This document shows, in pieces, positions 55,378-64,000 of a stretch of DNA of 64,000 bases. The notes under the pieces are model-generated. The model did no database searches. It worked only from the letters and a program-made list of their open reading frames with translations, and was not told the origin of the DNA. Origin of the DNA: Candidatus Undinarchaeota archaeon (GTDB taxonomy: Archaea; SpSt-1190; DYHY01; CAZGQF01); contig CAZGQF010000002.1 of the NCBI GenBank assembly GCA_964527545.1, positions 23,452-87,451 on the forward strand. Reading direction: 5' to 3'. Made by a program: the position numbers and the translations under genes. The first letter of the stretch is position 1. The number at the start of each line of letters is the position of its first letter.

Positions 55378-57255
55378 ATGGCGGCCATGAAAAAGGCAGT
55401 CCTCTTTTTGGCCTTGATCCTTTTGACGCCCGCCTTCGCGGAGACAATTAGTGACGCCTGCGGAAACGGCGTGGGATGGAGCGACAATACGGCAGAGCCC
55501 CATTGCGAAACGCAGGACTGCTGCGCCTGGTACCAGACGACACATGTCCACGACCTCGGCGAGATCGCCTCCGGCCAGCTCGAGGTCGAGTTCATGCCCA
55601 GCTTCTCTGCTGGCTGCCAGCCCGGCCCGGGGAGCGGCATCTGGGTCTCCGAAGGCGGCCCGGTTGAAGACGACGAAAGCTGGATGCAGTGGAGCTGGGA
55701 GAAGATCTACACGATCACCGAAACCACGCAGTCTGAAGGGGGCTGGTGGCACAAGTACTCTGAGACGTTCCAGGTCTCAAACACGCGATACGTGAAGGTC
55801 TCCATCGAGAACTGCTACAACGACTACTCCAAAGCCACTCTCTCCGCGGACGAGCCCGCAGCTGAGTGCGGGAACGGCATCATCGAGGAGGGCGAGATGT
55901 GCGAAAGCGACGCGGACTGCTACGAAGGCGAGTGCATCGATTGCCAGTGCTTCGCGTCTACGTCTGTCTGCGGCGACGGCATCTTATCATCAGACGAAGA
56001 GTGCGAGACCGACGCAGACTGTCCAACAGACATGGCCTGTGCAGAGTGCGAGTGCATCGACTCCGTCTGCGGCGACGGCATCCTCTCAGCTGACGAGATG
56101 TGCGAGACAGATGACCACTGTCCGCCGGGCTTGATCTGCGCCGAGTGCGAGTGCATCGAGACAGGCTCTGTCTGCGGCGACGGCATCCTCTCAGCTGACG
56201 AGATGTGCGAGACAGACGACCACTGTCCGCCGGGCTTGATCTGCGCCGAGTGCGAGTGCATCGAGACAGGCTCTGTCTGCGGCGACGGCATCCTCTCAGC
56301 TGACGAGATGTGCGAGACAGACGACCACTGTCCGCCGGGCTTGATCTGCGCCGAGTGCGAGTGCATCGAGACAGGTCCTGTCTGCGGCGACGGAGTGATA
56401 GAGGGAGAAGAGGAGTGCGAGTACGATTACGACTGTTTGGAAGGCGAGGAGTGCGACAACTGCGTCTGTGAGCCGTTTGAGCCGGTCTGCGGCGACGGCA
56501 TCCTCTCGTCAGACGAGGAGTGCGAAGACGATGGAGACTGCGACCAGGGCGAGTTCTGCGAGAACTGCGAGTGCGAGTCTCCTGTTTGCGGCGACGGAGT
56601 GATAGAGGGTTGGGAGGACTGCGAAGGCGACTGGGACTGCATGGAGACCGGCGAGACCTGCATAGACTGCAGCTGCATCCACACAGGCTCTGTCTGCGGC
56701 GACGGCGTGATAGAGGGAGAAGAGGAGTGTGAGTACGATTACGACTGTCTGGAAGGCGAGGAGTGCGACAACTGCGTCTGCGAGGAAGCAGGTCCTGTCT
56801 GCGGAAACGGCATCGTGGAAGCGGGGGAGACTTGCGAGAGCGACATGGACTGCGCCGGCGACTTCTACTGCGACAACTGTGAGTGCAAGCCGATTGCCCC
56901 CACGCCGGAAGAGGGGGTGGGCCAAGAGGAGCCAGTTAGGTGTCCGGGCAGGCCGGACTGCGGCGACGGCATACTCTCCGCTGACGAAGAGTGCGAGTCG
57001 GATGGCGACTGCATGGCTCCTTTCTCGTACTGCAGCTGCTGCGAGTGCCTGTCGACCTGCGGCGACGGCGACGTCGACGCGGGGGAGGAGTGCGAGTCGG
57101 ACCTTCACTGTGGAGAAGGTAGTGAGTGCGTCGGCTGCAGGTGCGTGAGGGAGGGGGTCGGCGGGGGTTCCGGACAGACCGAACAGCTCAACAGGATAGC
57201 TGAACTCTTGGAGGAGCTGATCTCCATACTGAGGGGCCTTTTCGGCGGTCAGTAG
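55378..57255 (+). CDS. Secreted cysteine-rich repeat protein (CGDG-x-EECE-x-D-x-DC repeats)
   Basis: Signal peptide MAAMKKAVLFLALILLTPAFA; about 12 repeats of approx 35 aa each beginning (V)CGDG; start at ATG 55378. Confidence 0.65.
   Translation: MAAMKKAVLFLALILLTPAFAETISDACGNGVGWSDNTAEPHCETQDCCAWYQTTHVHDLGEIASGQLEVEFMPSFSAGCQPGPGSGIWVSEGGPVEDDESWMQWSWEKIYTITETTQSEGGWWHKYSETFQVSNTRYVKVSIENCYNDYSKATLSADEPAAECGNGIIEEGEMCESDADCYEGECIDCQCFASTSVCGDGILSSDEECETDADCPTDMACAECECIDSVCGDGILSADEMCETDDHCPPGLICAECECIETGSVCGDGILSADEMCETDDHCPPGLICAECECIETGSVCGDGILSADEMCETDDHCPPGLICAECECIETGPVCGDGVIEGEEECEYDYDCLEGEECDNCVCEPFEPVCGDGILSSDEECEDDGDCDQGEFCENCECESPVCGDGVIEGWEDCEGDWDCMETGETCIDCSCIHTGSVCGDGVIEGEEECEYDYDCLEGEECDNCVCEEAGPVCGNGIVEAGETCESDMDCAGDFYCDNCECKPIAPTPEEGVGQEEPVRCPGRPDCGDGILSADEECESDGDCMAPFSYCSCCECLSTCGDGDVDAGEECESDLHCGEGSECVGCRCVREGVGGGSGQTEQLNRIAELLEELISILRGLFGGQ
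56065..56379 (+). repeat. Three near-perfect 105-bp tandem repeats inside the Cys-rich protein gene
   Basis: Unit GTCTGCGGCGACGGCATCCTCTCAGCTGACGAGATGTGCGAGACAGA(T/C)GACCACTGT...ATCGAGACAGGCTCT begins at 56065, 56170 and 56275; one mismatch between copies. Confidence 0.85.
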
Positions 57256-57277
57256 GTTTTCCGTCCCCTCGGGCCCT

Positions 57278-57736
57278 TTGGCCCAAAAACATAATTACAG
57301 GACTGCAGGTATATTTACGGTCAGCGAAAAGATGCAGGCGATAACTTACAATACTGGCGGCCACGTGGACGAGCTCGAGGCGAGGGAGAAGTTGCTTGGC
57401 TTCTACGCCAGGGGCGACATCTCCGGCGCTTATGAATTCATGTCCCAAGCCCTCTCAGACCGGCTCCTCGAGCCGTCCGATTTGGAGACTGTCAGGGGGG
57501 AGGTCGCCAGGACAGAGAAGCTGGCAAAGGCTGCCAGGTCGGTGCGCAGGTCCCTGATAAACATGGGGAAGAAAGAGAAGGCCAGGGAGTTTTATGGCAA
57601 GTACTCCTATCTCATCAAGTTCGTCGGCTTCTCCAACGTCTCGATGGAGGCATTGAGGGAGAGGGAGTCGGAGGAGCTGCGTGCAAACGAGATGCGGGAC
57701 GAGATGGCGGGGTATTTGAAGCAGTCTCTCGCTTGA
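57278..57736 (+). CDS. Hypothetical protein
   Basis: 152-aa ORF, helical charged composition. Confidence 0.4.
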   Translation: MAQKHNYRTAGIFTVSEKMQAITYNTGGHVDELEAREKLLGFYARGDISGAYEFMSQALSDRLLEPSDLETVRGEVARTEKLAKAARSVRRSLINMGKKEKAREFYGKYSYLIKFVGFSNVSMEALRERESEELRANEMRDEMAGYLKQSLA

Positions 57737-57739
57737 CTT

Positions 57740-58924
57740 TCACGGTTTTGCCGGCGTCTCCTTGTAGGTGTGGGAAGGCCTCATTCTGTGGGTCGCTGAG
57801 AAGACGAAGCCGACCAGCATGATTGTGGCGCCCGCGACCGGCAGGGCGTCGGGAGAGGCGAACTGTATGAGGGCCCCACCCACGAGGGGGGCGAAGACGC
57901 GGGAGAGGCTGTCGATGGAGTCGAAGACGCCGAGGAACTCACCTTTCCTTCTTGGCGGAGCCCTCTTCGAGGCCTCGGACATTATTACTGGCCTTATGGC
58001 GCTACCACCGTAGGAGAAGAGCATCATCCCTGGGTAGAGGAGGCCTTCTCTCAGGAAGGCAAGGAAGGCGGCAGGGAGGGCGAGGAAGCCGGAGAGCTTG
58101 AGGGCCTCATCCCCTATCATCCCGACCAGGCGCGGGAGGACGCCGGCCTGGAGGACTATCCTGAAGACGCCGACGAACATGAGGAGGATTCCGACAGTGG
58201 AGGCGTCGATGCCGAACTTCATGTCGAGAAGCACTGCGAAGTTGGGCATCATCATCGAGAAGGCGGAGATGAAGACAGCGAACTCTATCAGCAGGTCCCT
58301 CAGCTCATCTCTTTTCCACGCCCTTGCCAGCTGGCGCAGCGGGATGAAGTCGGAGTAGTCGATCTCCATCTCGTGCTTTCTCTCCACTGTCTCCTCGAGG
58401 CGCGTTATGAGGTAGAGGGCGACCAGGGAGACGAAGGCTGCCAAGAAAGAGGGGACGTGGTAGCCCCAACGGGAGAGGTAGCCCCCGACAGCCGGCCCTA
58501 TCATGAAGCCGAAAGCGAAGACGCCGCTCGCCTGCGAGTAGATCTTCGTCCTCTCCGCGGGGGACGTTATGTCTGCTATGTAGGCGCGGGCTATTATCAT
58601 GTTGCTGCCGAAGATGCCGTCCACTATCCGCGAGACAAAGATCATCTCCACCGACTTGGCGAAGCCCAGGATGACGAAGCTGAGGAATGTCGAGAACTGC
58701 GAGATCAGGAAGAGCGGCTTTCTCCCGTACTTGTCTGAGAGCTTTCCCACGATTGGGGCGGAGAGGAACTGCGAGAATGAGAAGACGGCGAAGATGGCGG
58801 AGATTGTGAGGGGGGTCGCGCCGAGCTGGGAGGCGTAGTAGGGGAGGAAAGGCAGCAGGAGGGAGAAGCCTAAGACCTCCGTGAACATCACCAAAAAGAT
58901 GGGGAAGAGCTTGCCGTCTATCAC
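57740..58924 (-). CDS. MFS transporter
   Basis: 12-TM layout with MFS motif GKLSDKYGRKP between TM2 and TM3. Confidence 0.75.
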   Translation of the reverse strand: MIDGKLFPIFLVMFTEVLGFSLLLPFLPYYASQLGATPLTISAIFAVFSFSQFLSAPIVGKLSDKYGRKPLFLISQFSTFLSFVILGFAKSVEMIFVSRIVDGIFGSNMIIARAYIADITSPAERTKIYSQASGVFAFGFMIGPAVGGYLSRWGYHVPSFLAAFVSLVALYLITRLEETVERKHEMEIDYSDFIPLRQLARAWKRDELRDLLIEFAVFISAFSMMMPNFAVLLDMKFGIDASTVGILLMFVGVFRIVLQAGVLPRLVGMIGDEALKLSGFLALPAAFLAFLREGLLYPGMMLFSYGGSAIRPVIMSEASKRAPPRRKGEFLGVFDSIDSLSRVFAPLVGGALIQFASPDALPVAGATIMLVGFVFSATHRMRPSHTYKETPAKP

Positions 58925-58972
58925 GGCAGTGGTTTCAGCGTCCCCTATAAAAGGATGTTTGGGAGCCGGAGC

Positions 58973-60079
58973 TCAATATCTCCTGTTGTAGGCCAGCGTC
59001 AGCTTGGGGTTCTCTTCAAGGACCGCCCTGAACTTTTTGAGCTGTTTCACCCTGTACTTTTCCGCCGCCTCGTTTTTTGGGATGTGCTTTGAGAGCTGCA
59101 TCTCGATCATCTCCACGGTCGATGGCTCCATGATCACCTTTGTCTCTTTCACCTGCAGGAGACCGCATTCCTCGGCCTCACTCAGCATCCCGTCCTCTGA
59201 TGAGGAGAACGAGTACTTGTCGAAGAGGGAGAAGAGCATTTTTTCGAAGGCCTCCCTGAACTCGTTGTCTTCGCAGTAGTTCTTGACATTGCTGCAGAGT
59301 TTCTTGTAGCTGTGGAGGGCCCTCTTGAACTTGCTGGCCTGCTCCTGGTCGATCTGGTGCCTTGCCCTGCCCTGCGGGCCGGTCCTCACGAAGCCGGAGG
59401 CCATGTTGAAGAAGTCGTCGACCTGCTCGAGCTTGCAGAAGAAATCTGAAGTGTTGGCGTGGTTTCTGCTCGTCGTCCTCTCCTTCGACTTCTGCTTGCT
59501 TTCTGCGTAGGCGTCCCAACCGCCAAGGACGATCTCTATCTTGGAGAGAACTGTGAAGTCGACGTCGTTCTTGGAGATGGGGATCAAGTTCTTTCTGTAA
59601 GACCTCTCCGGGTCCTCGGACCTCTTTCTCTCTGGAACGGGGGCCACGAAGTCGCTGCCCCTCCAGATCTCGTTCTGTCCGTAGCCCGAAGGGGCGGAGT
59701 AGTTCAAATCCTTCTCTGCCTTCTTCTCCCTTCTTCTCCTCTCTCTCGTCTTGGGCGAGTTGACTTCGTCCACTTCGTCGCGTATCTTCTCGAAGTCCTC
59801 CTCCCCCACTTCAACGATGATGTGTACGTTGGTCTTGCAGCCTCCCCCCTCTTCCCAATAAGAGCGGAGCTTTCCATTGAGGTCGAACTTGGAATGCGGG
59901 TGGAGGCAGTCGATGGAGAGTCCCCCCTTGAGGTGTCTTTTGGAGGGGAAGCCCTGCCTAAGGACGGGGACTAGTTTCTTGAACGAGCCGGTCAGTTCGT
60001 AGTACCAGCTGTTGAGGCCTTTCTTCTTCCTAGTGACCTTTATCGTCTCTGACGGACCGTAGAGAACCTCTGCCTGCAT
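58973..60079 (-). CDS. Hypothetical protein (368 aa)
   Basis: Long ORF with normal local codon usage; no motif recognised. Confidence 0.45.
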   Translation of the reverse strand: MQAEVLYGPSETIKVTRKKKGLNSWYYELTGSFKKLVPVLRQGFPSKRHLKGGLSIDCLHPHSKFDLNGKLRSYWEEGGGCKTNVHIIVEVGEEDFEKIRDEVDEVNSPKTRERRRREKKAEKDLNYSAPSGYGQNEIWRGSDFVAPVPERKRSEDPERSYRKNLIPISKNDVDFTVLSKIEIVLGGWDAYAESKQKSKERTTSRNHANTSDFFCKLEQVDDFFNMASGFVRTGPQGRARHQIDQEQASKFKRALHSYKKLCSNVKNYCEDNEFREAFEKMLFSLFDKYSFSSSEDGMLSEAEECGLLQVKETKVIMEPSTVEMIEMQLSKHIPKNEAAEKYRVKQLKKFRAVLEENPKLTLAYNRRY

Positions 60080-60153
60080 AAGTTGCCACTAAAGAAGGAT
60101 ATTTATAATCTTAACTTATGACAGGGCCTGTCACGCCACGGGACAAGAGATAA

Positions 60154-60621
60154 ATGGCTGTCGACACACTCTTTCCCGTGTCGGTGAAGGTCCTCTTCGT
60201 CTGCAGCGGAAACGTGCTCAGGAGCCCCGTGGCCGCCGCGTTCTTCAGGAAGAGGGTCGCCGAGATGGGGCGAGAGGGCGATTTCGAGGCGGAGTCGGCT
60301 GGGACTGCCACTGGCCTCGACGACAGTCTCGACCCGAGGGTGATCGGGCTCGTGGGGGAGATGGGGGCCGGGGAGTTCCTCGACCTCCAGCCGAGACAGC
60401 TCTCTCGGGAAGAAGTAAAGGGGGCGGACGTCATAGTGGCGATGGAGGAGGAGCACCGTCGCGCAGTCCTCTCCCTCGACACTGCGGCAGAAGGGAGAAT
60501 CGAGGTCTGGGGCGTCTCTGATCGCTTCCAGGACTTCGACAGGGAGCTGCCTGGCTGGATGGGACGGCTGAAAGAGAGGACGGAGGCCCTCGCCGAGGAG
60601 CTGGCGGAGAGATGCAAGTAA
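60154..60621 (+). CDS. Low-molecular-weight protein-tyrosine phosphatase / ArsC-like
   Basis: P-loop VLFVCSGNVLRSP (C-x5-R) near the N-terminus. Confidence 0.7.
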   Translation: MAVDTLFPVSVKVLFVCSGNVLRSPVAAAFFRKRVAEMGREGDFEAESAGTATGLDDSLDPRVIGLVGEMGAGEFLDLQPRQLSREEVKGADVIVAMEEEHRRAVLSLDTAAEGRIEVWGVSDRFQDFDRELPGWMGRLKERTEALAEELAERCK

Positions 60622-60648
60622 TATAAGTGGCAGTCATTCAATTTTGTT

Positions 60649-61251
60649 ATGGGCTCGATGCTCTACTTTCCCAGGAAGGTCTCACTCAGTCCTGTCGTGC
60701 AGAGATACGTGGCGAGCTGCGACTGCCCTCCTTCTTACCCCAACTACTCCGATGCCAAGGAGTGGAAGTCGAAGCTCTTGGACTCAGCAAAGTCGGGAGA
60801 GAACCTCGAAATAGACACATCCCAGATACTGACCGCCTTCCCGACTCTCGCCTATCTTGTCGGCTCCGCAGAGATCGAGGGAGACGGGATACAGAGCTAC
60901 TTCGAGGGGAGGGGAAAAGGGGGCCACAACTTGCTGCTCTACAGCTTTGCGAGGAAGGTGGTCGACAACCCGCGCTCACCTCGAGAACTCAGAGAGAGCA
61001 TCCTCAAGCACGCAGACAGCTGCTCGGTCAAGCTGGCAGACTGGGAGAGGAATAAAGTCTGGTCGATCTACGGCGAGAGAGATGCGACTTTCTCTGACCC
61101 GTTCGGCGTGAGGCCGGAGAGGTACGCCCTGGTCCACGGCCTCGAGAAGGGGAGCCACATAGTCGTCCGTCCCGCAGACGAGAAAGAGGCAGAGGTCTTT
61201 CAGGCCCTCCCGGAGATGTGGAGAAAGTGCCTGGAGCAGGTCACTGACTAG
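60649..61251 (+). CDS. Hypothetical protein
   Basis: 200-aa ORF 28 nt downstream of the phosphatase gene. Confidence 0.4.
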   Translation: MGSMLYFPRKVSLSPVVQRYVASCDCPPSYPNYSDAKEWKSKLLDSAKSGENLEIDTSQILTAFPTLAYLVGSAEIEGDGIQSYFEGRGKGGHNLLLYSFARKVVDNPRSPRELRESILKHADSCSVKLADWERNKVWSIYGERDATFSDPFGVRPERYALVHGLEKGSHIVVRPADEKEAEVFQALPEMWRKCLEQVTD

Positions 61252-61289
61252 TTTTTGTTCGGACAACATTTATTAGCTTCTTCTCATCC

Positions 61290-61502
61290 ATGCATCCCAT
61301 GTGGAAGAGCCTTGAGAGCGAGCACGGGACGCTCTTTGCCATGCTCGTAGGCCTGGCAGTGGTTTTCTACTGGAGGGGCGTCTGGGGCCTCATCGACCTT
61401 TTCTTGTTCCCGGACAACGAGGCCTTGAGCTACGCGGTCTCCATACTGCTCGGCCTGGTCGTTCTGAGGTCGACGCGATACTTGAGGAAAGAGCTGATCT
61501 GA
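61290..61502 (+). CDS. Small membrane protein (hypothetical)
   Basis: 70 aa with two hydrophobic helices. Confidence 0.35.
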   Translation: MHPMWKSLESEHGTLFAMLVGLAVVFYWRGVWGLIDLFLFPDNEALSYAVSILLGLVVLRSTRYLRKELI

Positions 61503-61569
61503 AAGTTCTGTCAATGTCAGCCTAGCCCTCAGAGCAAGAGATTTAAGTCTTCGACGCCGAGAAACAGAT

Positions 61570-61788
61570 ATGAAAGAGATTTTGAGCGCCGTGGTTCTGA
61601 CGGTGGTCGCCTCGGTGGTGCTGGTCGCGGCCAGCATCGTCTACTTCGGCCTGAACCTGTGGGTGATAAAGACCGCCAGCGAGATGTTCTTCGGACCTGG
61701 CCTCGACGCCAACTGGGCAGTCTTCTCTGCGGCCCTGCTCTCGACCGGTGCTGTGTTGGCAGGCGCACTGGAGAAGAAGTCGAGATAG
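61570..61788 (+). CDS. Small membrane protein (hypothetical)
   Basis: 72 aa with two hydrophobic helices. Confidence 0.35.
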   Translation: MKEILSAVVLTVVASVVLVAASIVYFGLNLWVIKTASEMFFGPGLDANWAVFSAALLSTGAVLAGALEKKSR

Positions 61789-61831
61789 GCAGAACGGTGC
61801 CCATAAATAGCTGACCGACCATTTCAGCCAG

Positions 61832-62290
61832 GTGGGAGAGCGAGCAAAGGAGGAGTCAAGGCCTTCCCGCAAGGAGGCAATCTACAAGATCTTCTCTCCT
61901 TTGATGCCTGAGTTCAGGACCAAGGACGTAGTCCAAGTGATGGTCGGCTCTTCCATACTCGCCATCCCTGTCGCCTTGACAGAGGAGACGTGGAAGCTGG
62001 GAGAGACCCTTCCCCTCCCCAACGTCTTTGCCTTCCTTGCCATCTCTCTCGTCTTCGTCTCCACTTTCGTCTTCTACAACTACTACAGGACATCCCTGCG
62101 TCAGCACTGGCTGGAGTTCCTGAAGCGCGTCATCTCCACCTATCTGCTCTCTTTCCTGGTGGTCGCCTCCGTCCTCACAATGATCCAGAAGGCGCCCTGG
62201 CAGTCGGACTGGATGCTCGCCTTCAAGAGGGCGGTCATAGTTACATTCCCCTCCTCAATGAGCGCGGCGGTGGCCGACACAATCAAGTGA
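61832..62290 (+). CDS. Membrane protein (hypothetical, 4 TM)
   Basis: 152 aa with four hydrophobic segments. Confidence 0.4.
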   Translation: MGERAKEESRPSRKEAIYKIFSPLMPEFRTKDVVQVMVGSSILAIPVALTEETWKLGETLPLPNVFAFLAISLVFVSTFVFYNYYRTSLRQHWLEFLKRVISTYLLSFLVVASVLTMIQKAPWQSDWMLAFKRAVIVTFPSSMSAAVADTIK

Positions 62291-62293
62291 AAA

Positions 62294-62992
62294 TTAACTT
62301 TCCAGGTCCTCCGGCCGCGTGAAGTGGAGGCGCTCCCCCTTGAGGGGGACCGCTATGACCTTTCCTCCCTTTTTCAGCATCAAGTTGACGGCGTCCGGCA
62401 TCTCGTACTCCCCCCTCGCTGACGGCTCTGTCATGCGGATGAAATCGAAGATTTTCGGGTCGAGGACGCTGAAGCCCGGGTAGATTGTCGCGCAGGGCGG
62501 CTTTTCAGGCTTCTCGACCAGCTCCACGACTCTCCCCTCCTCGCAGACCACGAAGCCGCCCCTATAGCTTTCCAGATCCTCACCCTCAAGCTCGAGTGTG
62601 CCGATTGTCGCGTCCGCCCCCTCTCGGAGGTGGACGTCCACGACCTCTCCCAGGTTGTCGCAGAGGAAGAGGTTGTCGCCGTGGTGGACAATGAAGTCGC
62701 CGTCAATGAACGGCTCAGCCTGGAGGATGGCGTGGGCCAGGCCCATTCTCTCCGGCTGCTCTGCGTACTCTATCCTCACACCAAAGTCTGACCCGTCGCC
62801 GAAGTGTTTCGTGATCTCTTCCTTGAGGTGGCCCACCACCATCACTATCTCGTCGACGCCCAGGTTTTTGAGACACTCCACGATTCTCTCAAGGATGGGC
62901 TTTCCCCCGTACTCAAGCATCGGCTTCGGGGTCTCGTCAGTGTACGGCCTCATCCTCGTCCCGTGGCCGGCCGCAGGAATCACGGCCTTCAT
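62294..62992 (-). CDS. Sugar-phosphate nucleotidyltransferase (glucose-1-phosphate thymidylyl/uridylyltransferase-like)
   Basis: N-terminal AVIPAAGHGTRMRP nucleotide-binding motif. Confidence 0.7.
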   Translation of the reverse strand: MKAVIPAAGHGTRMRPYTDETPKPMLEYGGKPILERIVECLKNLGVDEIVMVVGHLKEEITKHFGDGSDFGVRIEYAEQPERMGLAHAILQAEPFIDGDFIVHHGDNLFLCDNLGEVVDVHLREGADATIGTLELEGEDLESYRGGFVVCEEGRVVELVEKPEKPPCATIYPGFSVLDPKIFDFIRMTEPSARGEYEMPDAVNLMLKKGGKVIAVPLKGERLHFTRPEDLES

Positions 62993-63008
62993 CTGCGAAC
63001 CCGCCTTT

Positions 63009-63377
63009 CTAGAATCGCCTGAAGCTGCGCGGGTTCTGGACGTGCTTGTCGGAGACGTTGTTCTCGGTGTTGACCTCCTCCAGCTTCTCCTCCGACGGCT
63101 TCATGATCCCCCTCCTACCGAGGCTCAGCCTCATGGAGTTCCTGAAGACGTTGACGTAGGCGTGCTCGATGTCGTAGGTCTCCCCTATCTCCGCCTCCTT
63201 TATCGACTCGTTCCAGAGGGAGAGGATTATGGCGCCTGTCTCGTCGCCCACCAGGAACTCTGCCACGGTGAGCTGTTCGCCCCTCTTCGAGGTGACTTCC
63301 CTCTCATCGAGCTTCTCTACGATCTTGACATTCATGTCGACCCCTCGCGAGGCCGGGTTCAGTTCTTCGACTTTCAT
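63009..63377 (-). CDS. OB-fold nucleic-acid-binding protein (SSB/RPA-like)
   Basis: Single approx 120-aa OB-fold-like pattern (VDMNVKIVEK...AEFLVGDETGAIILSLWNE). Confidence 0.45.
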   Translation of the reverse strand: MKVEELNPASRGVDMNVKIVEKLDEREVTSKRGEQLTVAEFLVGDETGAIILSLWNESIKEAEIGETYDIEHAYVNVFRNSMRLSLGRRGIMKPSEEKLEEVNTENNVSDKHVQNPRSFRRF

Positions 63378-63472
63378 TCCTACTCGTCCCGCCTCAAAGC
63401 CGCGAGTTTAAAATGGTTTTGTGGCCCCTCACACTTGTCCGTGGGCAAGCGCGTGGCTTGATTGGGCCGCCT

Positions 63473-63495
63473 TGAAAACAGGAGCGCCGGGGATT
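63473..63495. repeat. Direct repeat 1 of tRNA-Ser 3' end plus trailer (23 nt identical to 63734-63756)
   Basis: TTGAAAACAGGAGCGCCGGGGAT occurs at 63473 and again overlapping the tRNA-Ser 3' end; followed by GGTCAATGTCC, shared with the tRNA-Ala locus. Confidence 0.7.
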
Positions 63496-63606
63496 GGATT
63501 CGCAGAGGTCAATGTCCCCTTCACAGCCTATCCTATCTTCGCTTCGCTCGATAGGAATCGATCCAATGGAGTTTCTTTCCTCTGCGGAGAGGGCCATATT
63601 AGGAAA

Positions 63607-63623
63607 GGAGCGCCGGGGATGGG
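63607..63623. repeat. Direct repeat 2 of tRNA-Ser 3' end (17 nt identical to 63742-63758)
   Basis: GGAGCGCCGGGGATGGG identical to the acceptor/T-stem segment of tRNA-Ser. Confidence 0.65.
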
Positions 63624-63681
63624 GTTCAAAGCGCCCTTTTTCTTTGAAAAGAAACCCAAATTGAACAGAGTTCAATTGGGC

Positions 63682-63706
63682 CCCATTGAGCTCCGCTCAA
63701 TTAGGG
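63682..63706. repeat. Quasi-palindromic motif CCCATTGAGCTCCGCTCAATTAGGG (copy 2)
   Basis: Reverse-complement match to 11717-11743; preceded by palindrome TTGAACAGAGTTCAA. Confidence 0.6.
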
Positions 63707-63745
63707 AGTCCCGCCTGCCAAAAAGAAACATATTGAAAACAGGAG

Positions 63746-63833
63746 CGCCGGGGATGGGATTTGAACCCATGTGAGACTGACGCCTCACGAGCTTTCCAGG
63801 CTCGCGCCTTAGACCGGACTTGGCTACCCCGGC
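63746..63833 (-). tRNA. tRNA-Ser (anticodon GGA)
   Basis: Manual fold: acceptor GCCGGGG/CCCCGGC, anticodon arm CGAGC-CUGGAAA-GCUCG, long variable arm GTGAG...CTCAC, T arm ATGGG-TTCAAAT-CCCAT, discriminator G; 88 nt. Confidence 0.8.
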
Positions 63834-63911
63834 AAGATGGCCTCCGGTTTTTCCCTATTAAAGCGTATCCCGCTGGGCAGAGCTTAAAAGAGAGTCGGGG
63901 AGTGGGAGCGC

Positions 63912-64000
63912 ATGCGCAAGCTCATAAGAAAGTATGCCTTGAGGAACGCATTCTTCTTCGACGGCAAGGCGGACGTCGGCGCCGTCCTCGGCAAGGTCTT
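63912..64000 (+). CDS. Glutamyl-tRNA synthetase-like protein, N-terminal fragment (runs off window end)
   Basis: MRKLIRKYALRNAFFFDGKADVGAVLGKV resembles the conserved N-terminus of archaeal GluRS as recalled; only 29 codons visible. Confidence 0.4.
   Translation, partial: MRKLIRKYALRNAFFFDGKADVGAVLGKV

Noticed and set aside
56065-56379. Possible CRISPR array (regular direct repeats)
   Set aside because: Repeats are 105 bp, contiguous with no spacers, and in-frame within a coding sequence (35-aa protein repeats); no cas genes.
63473-63833. Intact integrated mobile element at tRNA-Ser
   Set aside because: Inter-repeat segments are only about 110-130 bp and no integrase, transposase or cargo ORF lies between the repeats; reported as relic or miniature repeats instead.

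Overview
High-GC (~60%) archaeal chromosomal segment, densely packed with about 70 genes, many joined by 1-4 nt start/stop overlaps. Archaeal origin is supported by an intron-containing tRNA, an archaeal-type DnaG primase, an ATP-dependent DNA ligase, an AglH-like GlcNAc-1-P transferase and TATA-box promoters at leaderless distance. Core content: pyrimidine metabolism (carB-carA divergent from pyrB-pyrI, plus pyrC, a thymidylate-synthase-like gene and uridine kinase), a porGD-porA-porB 2-oxoacid:ferredoxin oxidoreductase operon, replication/repair genes (dnaG, DNA ligase, Ogg glycosylase, OB-fold protein), a MacB-type ABC export module, and many membrane and surface proteins. All calls are from manual reading of the sequence and ORF track; no searches were run. 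Most unusual: (1) two tRNA loci 52 kb apart (tRNA-Ala, tRNA-Ser) are flanked by truncated copies of their own ends plus shared sequence modules including a quasi-palindromic 25-nt motif, resembling relics of tRNA-targeted integration or a miniature repeat family; (2) a ~1830-aa integrin-like surface protein; (3) a secreted Cys-rich repeat protein containing three near-perfect 105-bp tandem repeats; (4) a cluster of three K/G/Y-rich low-complexity basic proteins next to tRNA-Arg; (5) a translationally coupled rhomboid-coiled-coil / HerA-like ATPase pair beside a 625-aa coiled-coil protein. No rRNA, CRISPR array or intact integrase/transposase gene was recognised.
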